NCBI GenBank assembly: GCA_030278895.1
Contig: JARXKK010000004.1
Span: 1-62,904, forward strand
Length of the DNA: 62,904 nucleotides
Reading direction: 5' to 3'
Source: Acidobacteriota bacterium
Lineage (GTDB): Bacteria; Acidobacteriota; Thermoanaerobaculia; UBA5066
Positions 1 through 8,158 of the stretch are shown piece by piece; positions within the stretch are counted from its first letter, which is position 1, and each line of letters opens with the position of its first letter. Below the pieces are notes generated by a model, which was not told the origin of the DNA, did no database searches, and saw only the letters and a list, made by a program, of their open reading frames with translations. A program made the position numbers and the translations under genes.

Positions 1-286
1 CGATCTTGATGACGCTCGCGGCCTCGAATTCGTCCGCGGCGTTCAGCTCGAGGCGCCGGCCGCTCTCGACGTGGAGCGCGACGAGGCCCATGCGCGCCCC
101 GCTGCCCGCCGCGAGCTTGGCGACGCGGCGGGCGAGGGGCGTATTCGCGGGCAGCGTATGGAGCGAGGCGGGAATCGTCGTACAGGAAGAGATAGAAACG
201 AGAATGCTGCTGAGAAAGAGAGAGAGAAGAGAAAGAGAAGAAGAAGATTTTCTTAGAAGGGGAAGAGGGGAAGGGGCCGGCGGCAT
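1..286 (-). CDS. class A beta-lactamase-like serine hydrolase with a lipoprotein-type signal peptide (N-terminal part only; the gene runs off the window)
   Basis: Hand translation of the minus strand from ATG 286-284 gives MPPAPSPLPLLRKSSSLFSLLSLFLSSILVSISSC... (lipobox-like ISSC). It continues ...GARMGLVALHVESGRRLELNAADEFEAASVIKI, with an S-x-x-K (SVIK) as in class A beta-lactamases. It is absent from the ORF track because the window edge truncates it. Confidence 0.6.
   Translation of the reverse strand, partial: MPPAPSPLPLLRKSSSSLSLLSLFLSSILVSISSCTTIPASLHTLPANTPLARRVAKLAAGSGARMGLVALHVESGRRLELNAADEFEAASVIKI
243..268 (+). repeat. AT-box copy A (long form)
   Basis: GAAGATTTTCTTAGAAGGGGAAGAGG sits inside a purine tract (181-280). 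It encodes the signal-peptide start of the minus-strand beta-lactamase-like gene (..PLLRKSSS..). Confidence 0.8.
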
Positions 287-341
287 CTCACCGTTCTAAC
301 ATGCTCGAATCGAAAAGGAACAGCGCCTCGTCGCCCTCGAC

Positions 342-1427
342 GTGTTCCGCGGCCTGACGGTCGTGAGCATGGTCTTCGTCAACAACCCGGGGGACTGGGG
401 GCATCTTTACTGGCCGTTCGACCACGCCAAATGGCACGGTTGGACGCCGACGGACCTCATCTTCCCGTGGTTTCTCTTCATCGTGGGCGTGGCGGGCGTC
501 TTCTCGCTTGAGAAGCGGATGGCGTCGGGTGCGGATCGCGCGGGTCTCGCGCGTCACGCGTTCCGGCGCGGTATGACGATCGTCCTCGTCGGCTGGCTGA
601 TGGCGTTCTACCCGTTCGTGCCGTTTCTCGAACGCCTCGGGCGTCTCCGGATTCCCGGCGTGCTGCCGCGTATCGGGGTCACGTTCGTTCTCGGGACGTG
701 GATCGTTCTCGCCGTATGGAGAAAGCGCGTGCCGGGCGTCGCCGTCGCGGTCGTGGCTCTTCTCGCCCTCCACACGTGGATCCTCCTCGGCACGGGATTC
801 GACCTCACGCCGTCCGGCAACGTCCAGCGCGCCGTCGACCTTGCCGTGCTCCAGGGCCACCTGTGGAAGAACGCGCAGGGCTGGGACCCCGAGGGGATCG
901 TCTCGACGCTGACCGCGATCGCAACGATGCTCACGGGCACGCTGACGGGCTTCCTCCTGCGAGGCCCGGCGACCGTGAAGGAGAAGATCGCGAGGCTCCT
1001 CGTGTGGGGGGCCGTTGCAACCGGATGTGGCCTCCTCTGGGGCCGGTTCCTCCCGATCAACAAGAATCTCTGGACCGCGTCGTACGTCGTCTTCACGTCG
1101 GGCGCGGCCCTTCTCGCGATCGGCCTCTGTGTTTTCGTGGTCGACGTCCTCAACTGGAAGAGGCCCTTTGCCTTCTTCTCGACGTTCGGAACGAATCCGC
1201 TTCTCGTCTTCGTTCTCTCGGGCCTTCTCGCGAAGACGATGGGCCTCGTCAAGCTGACGGACGTGGCCGGGAAGGCGATCACGCTTCACACGTGGATTTA
1301 CCGCGGCGGCTTCTCGTGGATCGCGGACCCCACGCTGCGTTCGCACGCGTTCGCGCTCGGGACGATCCTCTTCTGGTGGGCGGTGCTGCGCGTCTTCGAA
1401 AAAAAGGGCTGGTTCTGGAAGCTCTGA
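342..1427 (+). CDS. HGSNAT-like membrane acyltransferase (DUF1624/DUF5009 type)
   Basis: Polytopic membrane protein starting FRGLTVVSMVFVNNPGDWGHLYWPFDHAKWHGWTPTDLIFPWFLF. The conserved RLVALDVFRG continues in frame upstream of the first canonical start (GTG 342). The real start is probably ATG 301 with a 1-nt indel (see findings). Confidence 0.7.
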   Translation: MFRGLTVVSMVFVNNPGDWGHLYWPFDHAKWHGWTPTDLIFPWFLFIVGVAGVFSLEKRMASGADRAGLARHAFRRGMTIVLVGWLMAFYPFVPFLERLGRLRIPGVLPRIGVTFVLGTWIVLAVWRKRVPGVAVAVVALLALHTWILLGTGFDLTPSGNVQRAVDLAVLQGHLWKNAQGWDPEGIVSTLTAIATMLTGTLTGFLLRGPATVKEKIARLLVWGAVATGCGLLWGRFLPINKNLWTASYVVFTSGAALLAIGLCVFVVDVLNWKRPFAFFSTFGTNPLLVFVLSGLLAKTMGLVKLTDVAGKAITLHTWIYRGGFSWIADPTLRSHAFALGTILFWWAVLRVFEKKGWFWKL

Positions 1428-1428
1428 G

Positions 1429-1854
1429 TCAGGACAGGGACTCGGGCATCAGAAGCGGGATCTCCTGGCGGCCGTGGCGGCGGTAGATGGCGAAGTCCGT
1501 GTCGAAGGTCAGAACGCAGGCATCCTCCCGAAGCTCGGAAATCCGGACGAGACAGGCATCCGCGAGGGACATCGGGACGTTGCCATAGCGCACCATCAGT
1601 TTGTTGACGGCACCGGCTTCCTTGCCGAGCGAGAACGTCGCGGCGATGAATCCACTCTCGACGAGCCCCATGACGGCTTCGGCGCCGCCGCGTTGACCGC
1701 GAAGAAGAAAACACGCTTCCGCGAGGACCGCTTCGCATGTCACGAACGGGCGAGGGGCGCTCTCGAAGACGCGCCGGGTCCAGTGGTGCAAGGCTTCCCG
1801 GCGGTCGACGAAAGCGACGAGAGGGCCCGTGTCGAGCGCGAGGAGCCGCATCAA
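1429..1854 (-). CDS. vapC: PIN-domain toxin (VapC family)
   Basis: 141 aa starting MRLLALDTGPLVAFVDRRE..., with acidic PIN residues (LDTG, TCEAV, TFDTDF). It has a 4-nt ATGA overlap with the upstream antitoxin. Confidence 0.8.
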   Translation of the reverse strand: MMRLLALDTGPLVAFVDRREALHHWTRRVFESAPRPFVTCEAVLAEACFLLRGQRGGAEAVMGLVESGFIAATFSLGKEAGAVNKLMVRYGNVPMSLADACLVRISELREDACVLTFDTDFAIYRRHGRQEIPLLMPESLS

Positions 1855-2093
1855 CGGCCGAAATCGTCGAGATGTCTTTTGTTCGTCGCAAGGTCGCCGG
1901 GTCCGCTCTCGACAGCTCCCGCGAAGCGGCGCGCACGCTTGCGGAAGAACTCCGTCGGGCGCGACCGCGCCGGAAGCAGGAACTCGTCGAGGGCGACGCG
2001 AACGAGCTGACTCTTCGTCCAGCGGCGCTCCCGGGCGGCGTGATCGAGCTTGGTGTCCAGAGCCGCCGACACTTTCAAGGAGATCGTTTTCAC
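1851..2093 (-). CDS. vapB: ribbon-helix-helix (CopG/VapB-type) antitoxin
   Basis: 80 aa starting MKTISLKVSAALDTKLDHAARERRWTKSQLVRVALDEFL. GTG start with a GAGGAG Shine-Dalgarno about 8 nt upstream. Overlaps the PIN gene. Confidence 0.75.
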   Translation of the reverse strand: MKTISLKVSAALDTKLDHAARERRWTKSQLVRVALDEFLLPARSRPTEFFRKRARRFAGAVESGPGDLATNKRHLDDFGR

Positions 2094-2105
2094 GGTATTA
2101 CTCCT

Positions 2106-3044
2106 CTACGACGCGGATAATACAGCCTGCGGCACGTTGCTCGCCATCCGGTGCGCCGCGTCTTCGGGGACGCCGATGGATACGAGCCGGGTCACGCAGT
2201 CGTCGAGGAGCGCCGTGGAGCCCGCGAGCGCCCCCGCCGCGTTGCGCGCGGCGCCGTTCTTCACGGTGAGCGTCTCGCCCCAGACGGCGTAGTCGCCGTC
2301 CGCGAGGCCCGCGGCGGGCATCGCGTCGCTGATGAGGGCCACGCGGCTCTCGCCCTTCGCCTTGAGGACGAGGCGCAGCATTTCCGGCGCGAGGTGCTGG
2401 AGGTCGGCGATGACGTCCACGCTGACGCCGTCCGTCGTCAGTCCCCATCCGATCGGGCCGATGTCGCGGTGGTGGAGCGGCTTCATCCCGTTCCCGAAGT
2501 GCGTCATGTGGCGCGCGCCCGCCGCGAACGCCGCGTCGAGAGTCGCCGCATCGGCCTCGGTGTGGCCGATCGAGACGAGGAAGTGTCGCTTTACGAATTC
2601 CCGGACGACCGCGATGCCGCCGGGGATCTCCGGCGCGAGAGTCGTCATCCCGCGCCCCGGCGCGCCCCCGGCGATCTCGAAGAAGGCGCCCATGGCACGA
2701 GGATCGGTCCCGTCGAGAAAGTCTTCGCGGTGGAGGGCGCCGCAGCGCGCCGCCGACACGAAGGGCCCTTCGAAGTGAATGCCGAGAGGCATCGCGCCGC
2801 GTCCGTCTCCCGGGCGGCGCGACCGGATCCAGGCGGAGAGCCGTGTCACGGCGCCGGCCATCGCAGGCAGCGGCAGGGGCACGAGCGTCGGCAGGAAGCC
2901 GGCGACGCCGCGCGCCGCGAGCCCGGCGGAGAGCCGGTCGAGGTCCTCGGGGGAGGCGGTCACGACATCCACGCCGAAAGCGCCGTGGATGTGGAGATCG
3001 ACGAACGAGGGCGTCGAAGAAGAAGTTCTTGCTCCCTCGCTCAC
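2106..3044 (-). CDS. nagA: N-acetylglucosamine-6-phosphate deacetylase-like amidohydrolase
   Basis: FVDLHIHGAFGVD metal-binding start and the later HFEGPF, HTEA and THFGNGM motifs are typical of NagA. Sits last in the kinase-murQ-nagA operon. Confidence 0.75.
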   Translation of the reverse strand: MSEGARTSSSTPSFVDLHIHGAFGVDVVTASPEDLDRLSAGLAARGVAGFLPTLVPLPLPAMAGAVTRLSAWIRSRRPGDGRGAMPLGIHFEGPFVSAARCGALHREDFLDGTDPRAMGAFFEIAGGAPGRGMTTLAPEIPGGIAVVREFVKRHFLVSIGHTEADAATLDAAFAAGARHMTHFGNGMKPLHHRDIGPIGWGLTTDGVSVDVIADLQHLAPEMLRLVLKAKGESRVALISDAMPAAGLADGDYAVWGETLTVKNGAARNAAGALAGSTALLDDCVTRLVSIGVPEDAAHRMASNVPQAVLSAS

Positions 3045-3898
3045 CCGGGGCCCTCCTCGGGACGCTGACTCAATGCTGCCGCCACGTTCGAATTCTTCTT
3101 AGAAAGGAATTCGGCGGCCGCCTCGCGCGAAAGTCCCCATTTCGCCGAGACGAGCGCGGTGGGGAGCCGCCAATTACACCTTCTAAGAAAATCTTCGGCT
3201 TTCTCTTCGGACATTCCCGCAAGTTGCGCCACGATCCTCTTTGCCCTCTTCCTCAGTTTTTCGTTCGTTGGCTGCATGGCGACCATTTCGTCCCGGTAGA
3301 CGAGGCCGCGCTTCGCCATGACGGCGGTCGAGAGCATGTTGAGCGCGATCTTCTGCGCGGTGCCGGCCTTCAGGCGGCTGGATTCCGCGAGGACTTCCTT
3401 TCCGGTATCGAGGAGGATGCCGATGTCGGCCAGCCTCTCGAGCGGCCCGTTCGGCCGGCAGACGATGGCGACGGTGAGTGCGCCCGCGCGCTTCGCCTCT
3501 TCCAGCGCGCCCATCACGTAGGGCGTCGCCCCGCTCGCGGCGATGCCGACGACGGCATCCCGTCCCGAGAGCCCTGCGAGGGCGAGGTCGCGGGCGCCCG
3601 CGCCGGCGTCGTCTTCCGCGCCTTCCACGGCCTCGAACATCGCCGCGCGCCCGCCCGCGAGGAGCGCCACGACGAGGGAGGGATCCGTACCGAACGTGGG
3701 CGGAAGCTCCGCGGCGTCCAGCGCGCCGAGGCGGCCGCTCGTTCCTGCCCCTGTGTAGAACCACCGCCCGCCTGCCTCGAGCCTCCCGGCGATCGCGTCG
3801 GCCGCGCGCGCGACCGCGGGAAGAGCGGCCGTGAGCGCGCCTTCGACCGCCTGATCGGCCTCGTGGAGACGCGTGACGAGCTCGAGCGAATCGGTCAT
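3041..3898 (-). CDS. murQ: N-acetylmuramic acid 6-phosphate etherase
   Basis: SIS-domain protein MTDSLELVTRLHEADQ...YTGAGTSGRLG...GIAASGATPYV...ESSRLKAGTAQK. The true ATG is at 3898-3896. The 603-aa track ORF is a run-on. It has ATGA overlaps on both sides. Confidence 0.85.
   Translation of the reverse strand: MTDSLELVTRLHEADQAVEGALTAALPAVARAADAIAGRLEAGGRWFYTGAGTSGRLGALDAAELPPTFGTDPSLVVALLAGGRAAMFEAVEGAEDDAGAGARDLALAGLSGRDAVVGIAASGATPYVMGALEEAKRAGALTVAIVCRPNGPLERLADIGILLDTGKEVLAESSRLKAGTAQKIALNMLSTAVMAKRGLVYRDEMVAMQPTNEKLRKRAKRIVAQLAGMSEEKAEDFLRRCNWRLPTALVSAKWGLSREAAAEFLSKKNSNVAAALSQRPEEGPG
3090..3112 (+). repeat. AT-box copy I
   Basis: GAATTCTTCTTAGAAAGGAATTC in the murQ 3' region (read as EFLSKKNS on the gene strand). 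Confidence 0.7.
3177..3196 (-). repeat. AT-box copy E
   Basis: The plus strand reads CACCTTCTAAGAAAATCTTC. murQ reads it as A-E-D-F-L-R-R-C using GAA GAT TTT CTT AGA AGG TGT. Confidence 0.85.
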
Positions 3899-4836
3899 GA
3901 GAATTTCCGGCCCGTTGCGAGAGCGAGGCGGATCGCACCCATTTCCGGCGGAAAAGGGGCGGGGCCGACGCGCGCGAGCGGGGCGACCTGCCGGATCGCC
4001 TCGACGAGGGGGTTCGTGACGAATGCGCCGGCCGCGAAAACGCCGCCTATCGTCGCGACCGGAAAGGACACGCTTTCGAGGCCGAGCTTTCTCACGACCG
4101 TCACGACGTCGAGCGCGAGGTCGCGTCCCGCTTCCGCGAGGATGCGCCGCGCCTCGGCATCGCCGCCGCGGGCCGCCGCGAGGACGACCGGAAAGTACGC
4201 CGCGACGTCGGCGGCGCCGCCCTCGGAGCGGTAGATTCGCTCGAGGAGCTCGGGGAGCGACGAGACGCCGCCCGTCGAGAAGAGAAGGTCCTTGATGGCG
4301 GTCGGCGGGCCGCGGCCGTCGATCTCGCGAACGACCGCGACGAGGCCCTCCCGGGCAATCGCATATCCGCCGCCTTCGTCGCTCAGGAGGGGTCCGAATC
4401 CGCCGGCGCGCGCCGTGGCTCCGCCCTCGCCCTGCCCGAAGGCGATGGCTCCCGTGCCCGCGATGACCACGACGGCTGGCGCGTCGACGCGGCCGGGAGC
4501 GGCGCCCGAAAGAGCGATCTGGGCGTCGCTCGTGAGGAGGACGCGGCTTCTCTCGAAGACCGCCTCGAGAGCGCTCAGGAGGGGTTGGCGGTCCCGGATC
4601 GAGTCGATGCCCGCAAGCCCGACTACGACGGTTTCGGGGGGAATATCCTCGAGATTTGCCGCGGCGAGCGCGTCGGATGCGGCTTCCCGGACGGACTCCA
4701 CCACGCGAGGGAGCGGGCGGGTGGCCGCGTTTGCGGGGCCGGACGCGCCGCGGCCCAGCGGCACGAGATCCTCCTGGGCGACGACGGCGCGTGTCCGGGT
4801 GCCCCCCCCGTCGATTCCGATGAAGAACGGCCCCAC
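3895..4836 (-). CDS. BadF/BadG/BcrA/BcrD-type ATPase, N-acetylglucosamine (or MurNAc) kinase-like
   Basis: MGPFFIGIDGGGTRTRAVV... is an ASKHA sugar-kinase N-terminus. GTG start. First gene of the amino-sugar operon. Confidence 0.75.
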   Translation of the reverse strand: MGPFFIGIDGGGTRTRAVVAQEDLVPLGRGASGPANAATRPLPRVVESVREAASDALAAANLEDIPPETVVVGLAGIDSIRDRQPLLSALEAVFERSRVLLTSDAQIALSGAAPGRVDAPAVVVIAGTGAIAFGQGEGGATARAGGFGPLLSDEGGGYAIAREGLVAVVREIDGRGPPTAIKDLLFSTGGVSSLPELLERIYRSEGGAADVAAYFPVVLAAARGGDAEARRILAEAGRDLALDVVTVVRKLGLESVSFPVATIGGVFAAGAFVTNPLVEAIRQVAPLARVGPAPFPPEMGAIRLALATGRKFS

Positions 4837-4911
4837 GGGGCCAGCTTAGCAAGGGCTACCAGATTCACCCGCATCAGTTGCGGGGCTCTCCGGGAGGGTT
4901 AGATTGATCCC

Positions 4912-6228
4912 ATGACCTTTGACGCCGACTGGAAAACCCGCTACGCCCGCAAGATCGCGACGGCCGAAGAAGCCGTGCGCGCCATCCTCCCCGGCCGCCG
5001 CATCCTCATCGGTTCCGGCGCCGGCGAACCGGGGCGCCTCGTCGAAGCCCTCGTGACGCACGCCACGCAGCTCCGCGGCAACGAAATCGTTCACCTCATG
5101 ACGCTCGGAGCCGCCCCGTACGTGGTGCCGGGTCTCGAGGACCGCTTCCGGCACATGGCGTTTTTCATCGGGTCGAACGTGAGGGGCGCCGTCCAGGAAG
5201 GACGCGCCGACTTCCTGCCCGTCTTCCTGTCCGAGATCCCGCAGCTCATCATGAGCGGGCGCCTCGGCGTACATGCGGCGCTCATCCAGGTGAGTCCGCC
5301 TGACCACCACGGATTCGTGAGTCTTGGCGTCTCCGTCGACATCGTGCGGGGCGCCGTCGACACGGCCGACATCGTCCTGGCCGAGGTCAATCCGAACATG
5401 CCCCGTACGCTCGGCGATTCCTTCCTGCACGTCGATCGCATCGCGCATCTCGTTCCCGTGGACGATCCGCTGCACGAGCTCACCCCCGAACCGCTCGACG
5501 AAGTCTGCCGGCAGATCGGGCATCACGCCGCCCAGCTCATCCAGGACGGGTCGACCCTGCAGATGGGAATCGGGCGCATCCCGGACGCGGTCATGAGCGG
5601 CCTCAGGGAACGCAGCGACCTCGGCATCCACACGGAGATGCTTTCCGACGGCGTCATGGCGCTCGCGAAGGCCGGCGTGATCACGGGCCGTAAGAAGACG
5701 CTCCTCCCGGGCAAGATCGTCACGTCCTTCATCATGGGGACGCGCGCGCTGTACGACTGGGTGGACGACAACCCCGTCGTCGAGATGCGACCCTCGAGCT
5801 TCACGAACGACACGTTCCAGATAGCCCGGAACGACAAGATGGTCGCGCTGAACTCGGCCCTTGCGGTCGACCTCACCGGCCAGGTCGCGGCCGACTCGAT
5901 CGGGGGACGCTTTTTCTCCGGCATCGGCGGCCAGGTGGACTTCATCCGGGGCGCCGCGCGCAGCAAAGGCGGAAAGCCGATCATCGCGCTCCCTTCGACC
6001 GCGAAGGGTGGCGCGATAAGCCGCATCGTCCCGGTGCTCGAGGAAGGCGCCGGCGTCGTGACGAGCCGCGGGGACATCCACTACGTCGTGACGGAGTACG
6101 GAGCGGCCGACCTCTGGGGCAAGAACATCCGCCAGAGAACGGAAGCCCTCATCGGGATCGCACACCCGGACTTTCGCGGCGACCTCCTGTCGAGCGCCAA
6201 GGCCCGGAAATACGTGTTCGCCGGCTGA
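4912..6228 (+). CDS. acetyl-CoA hydrolase/transferase family protein (4-hydroxybutyrate / succinyl-CoA:acetate CoA-transferase-like)
   Basis: 438 aa with family-typical N-terminus (TAEEAVRAILPGRRILIGSGAGEP) and C-terminal GGQVDF / HYVVTEYG motifs. Confidence 0.8.
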   Translation: MTFDADWKTRYARKIATAEEAVRAILPGRRILIGSGAGEPGRLVEALVTHATQLRGNEIVHLMTLGAAPYVVPGLEDRFRHMAFFIGSNVRGAVQEGRADFLPVFLSEIPQLIMSGRLGVHAALIQVSPPDHHGFVSLGVSVDIVRGAVDTADIVLAEVNPNMPRTLGDSFLHVDRIAHLVPVDDPLHELTPEPLDEVCRQIGHHAAQLIQDGSTLQMGIGRIPDAVMSGLRERSDLGIHTEMLSDGVMALAKAGVITGRKKTLLPGKIVTSFIMGTRALYDWVDDNPVVEMRPSSFTNDTFQIARNDKMVALNSALAVDLTGQVAADSIGGRFFSGIGGQVDFIRGAARSKGGKPIIALPSTAKGGAISRIVPVLEEGAGVVTSRGDIHYVVTEYGAADLWGKNIRQRTEALIGIAHPDFRGDLLSSAKARKYVFAG

Positions 6229-6247
6229 GCCGCGCTAACCTCGCGGT

Positions 6248-8107
6248 GTGCGCCGCCGGGGCCTTCCGCTTCTCCTGCTTCTCTGCACCGCCTTCGCCCT
6301 GAAGGCGGCCCTGCTCGCGCATTTCGACGCCCACCCGCTCCTCCAGCCCGCGGGGGACATGGACAGCGGCGTGTACGCCCGGCTGGCCTGGGACGTCGCG
6401 CACGGCGACGTGCTTCTCCGCGGACCGGGACCCGTACCTTATTTCGTCTCGCCGCTCTACATCTACTTCCTCGCCGCGGTCCATGCGCTCTCGGCGGGCT
6501 CGCTCTTCGCGGCGAAGGTCGTCCAGATCGCCCTCGGGACGGCGGCCGTCGGGCTCGTCTTGCTGACGGCGCGACGGCTCTTCGGCGAACGCGCCGCGCT
6601 CCCGGCGGGAATCCTCTTCGCGCTCACGGGTGTCGTGTCGTTCCACGAGATCCTCATTCTTCAGGCGGCTTTGGACCCGTTCCTCACCGCGCTCGCGATG
6701 TTCCTGCTGGCGGATGCGCTCACTCAGGGGAGTATTTCTTCGAAAGTGAATGGGGCGGTGGGCGCCGGGCGCTGGCTCGCCGCGGGTGGGGCGTTTGGTC
6801 TTCTCGCTCTCAACAGGCCCAATGCTCTCTTGTGCGTCGCGGCGGTTGCGGCAGCGCTTCTCCTCTTCACCTTCGAAGAAAATCTTCTCCGAAGGGTTGG
6901 TGTCGCTACGGCATTTCTCGCGGGCGCGGCGCTGACGATCGCGCCGGTCACTCTCCGAAACCTCGCGGTCTCTCACGAGTTCGTCCTGATCTCCTCGCAC
7001 GGCGGCCTGAACTTCCTCGTCGGCAACGGACCCGGCGCGAACGGGGTCTACCGCGCGCTCCCCGGGATCACGCCGGACATCGCCGGGCAGGCAGCCGACA
7101 CGAAGCGCGTCGCCGAGGCGGCCGAAGGGCGCGCGCTGTCCACACGGGAAGTTTCCTCGCACTTCGCGCGACAGGCCTGGGACTGGATCGAGCGAAACCC
7201 GGCGGACGCCACTCGTCTCTTTCTAAGAAAGATTCATCTTCTTCTTTCCGGCGACGAGGCACCTCTCAATTTCAGCTTCCCGTGGTACCGCGAAAAGAGC
7301 CTCGTGCTGCGGCTGCTGTGCGTCGGGCCCGGCCTCCTCGTGCCGCTCGCGGGCGCGGGATTCTTCCTCGCGCTCTTCGCGTCCGCGGGCGCGGCGCGCC
7401 GGACGCTCCTCGTCTGGTCCGTCTTCGTCCCCTCATACGTTTTCGCGGTCGCACTCTTCTTCGTCGCGACGCGCTACCGCCTCCCGCTCCTCGTGGCGCT
7501 CGCGCCGCTTGCCGGCGCCGCGGTCGCGCAGCTTCCGGAAGCCTTGCGGGCGAAAAGCGCCCGCCTCGGGATCGCCGCTGCTGCCGCCGCTGTCCTCGCG
7601 GCGGTCTCGCTCCGGCCGACGGGCCTCTGGGACGGCGCGGAGGACGAGGACATGCACTGGGCGCTCTACCTCGTCGAGAAGGGTGAAGCAGCAGAAGCCG
7701 CCCGCGTCGCCGAGGCCGCGGCGTCACGGCATCCCGATCCGGGGCTGATGTGGTTCCGGATGGGACAGGCATGGGCCGCGGCGAAGCGCATGGACGACGC
7801 GATCGCGGCGCTCGAGCGGGCCCGAGCGCTCGACCCGCATCCTCCCGCGACGGAGCCGGCGCTCGCGGCCGCGCACGAGAGCAGGGGCGTGGACCGGATC
7901 CTCGGGAACGACGCGCTCGCGGCCCTGCCCGACTTCGAGGCCGCCGTCGCGCTCTCGCCCGACGACGCGGGAATGCTCCTGAACCTCGCGGCCGTCCTCG
8001 CGGAGAAGGGCGATCGCGTGCGCGCCCGGGACCTGGCCCGGAAGTCCCTCGCGCTCCGGCCCGGCTACGGGAAGGCCGAGGCGCTGCTCCGGGCTCTCCC
8101 GAAATGA
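6248..8107 (+). CDS. GT39/ArnT-like membrane glycosyltransferase with C-terminal TPR repeats
   Basis: Multi-pass N-terminal domain followed by TPR-like repeats (MWFRMGQAWAAAKRMDDAIAALERARALDP..., LAEKGDRVRARDLARKSLALRPGY). Confidence 0.65.
   Translation: MRRRGLPLLLLLCTAFALKAALLAHFDAHPLLQPAGDMDSGVYARLAWDVAHGDVLLRGPGPVPYFVSPLYIYFLAAVHALSAGSLFAAKVVQIALGTAAVGLVLLTARRLFGERAALPAGILFALTGVVSFHEILILQAALDPFLTALAMFLLADALTQGSISSKVNGAVGAGRWLAAGGAFGLLALNRPNALLCVAAVAAALLLFTFEENLLRRVGVATAFLAGAALTIAPVTLRNLAVSHEFVLISSHGGLNFLVGNGPGANGVYRALPGITPDIAGQAADTKRVAEAAEGRALSTREVSSHFARQAWDWIERNPADATRLFLRKIHLLLSGDEAPLNFSFPWYREKSLVLRLLCVGPGLLVPLAGAGFFLALFASAGAARRTLLVWSVFVPSYVFAVALFFVATRYRLPLLVALAPLAGAAVAQLPEALRAKSARLGIAAAAAAVLAAVSLRPTGLWDGAEDEDMHWALYLVEKGEAAEAARVAEAAASRHPDPGLMWFRMGQAWAAAKRMDDAIAALERARALDPHPPATEPALAAAHESRGVDRILGNDALAALPDFEAAVALSPDDAGMLLNLAAVLAEKGDRVRARDLARKSLALRPGYGKAEALLRALPK
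6734..6755 (+). repeat. AT-box copy K (TTCGAA variant)
   Basis: ATTTCTTCGAAAGTGAATGGGG in the GT39 gene. The codon is TCG where the consensus would give an in-frame TAG. Confidence 0.7.
6863..6890 (-). repeat. AT-box copy J (TTCGAA variant)
   Basis: The plus strand reads CTCTTCACCTTCGAAGAAAATCTTCTCC in the GT39 gene. The codon is GAA where the consensus would give an in-frame TAA. Confidence 0.85.
7217..7244 (-). repeat. AT-box copy H
   Basis: The plus strand reads CTCTTTCTAAGAAAGATTCATCTTCTTC in the GT39 gene (read as LFLRKIHLLL). Confidence 0.7.
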
Positions 8108-8109
8108 AA

Positions 8110-8133
8110 CGGCCCGGCGTTGCCGCCGGGCCG
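8110..8133. terminator. GC-rich hairpin between convergent genes (bidirectional terminator candidate)
   Basis: CGGCCCGGCG-TTGC-CGCCGGGCCG is a perfect 10-bp stem with a 4-nt loop. It lies between the stop at 8107 and the convergent stop at 8159. Confidence 0.6.
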
Positions 8134-8158
8134 CGAGGGAAACCGACGAGGAACGCTC

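Noticed and set aside
310-318. Programmed -1 ribosomal frameshift at TCGAAAAGG to join ATG 301 to the acyltransferase frame.
   Set aside because: The sequence is not an X XXY YYZ slippery heptamer and no obvious downstream structure was seen. A homopolymer indel is the simpler explanation; it is kept as a low-interest finding.
3041-4852. The 603-aa ORF spanning murQ and the upstream kinase region.
   Set aside because: Only the C-terminal 285 aa are MurQ-like. The N-terminal part is Arg/Pro junk in the shadow frame of the kinase gene. A proper ATG at 3898 overlaps the kinase stop (ATGA).
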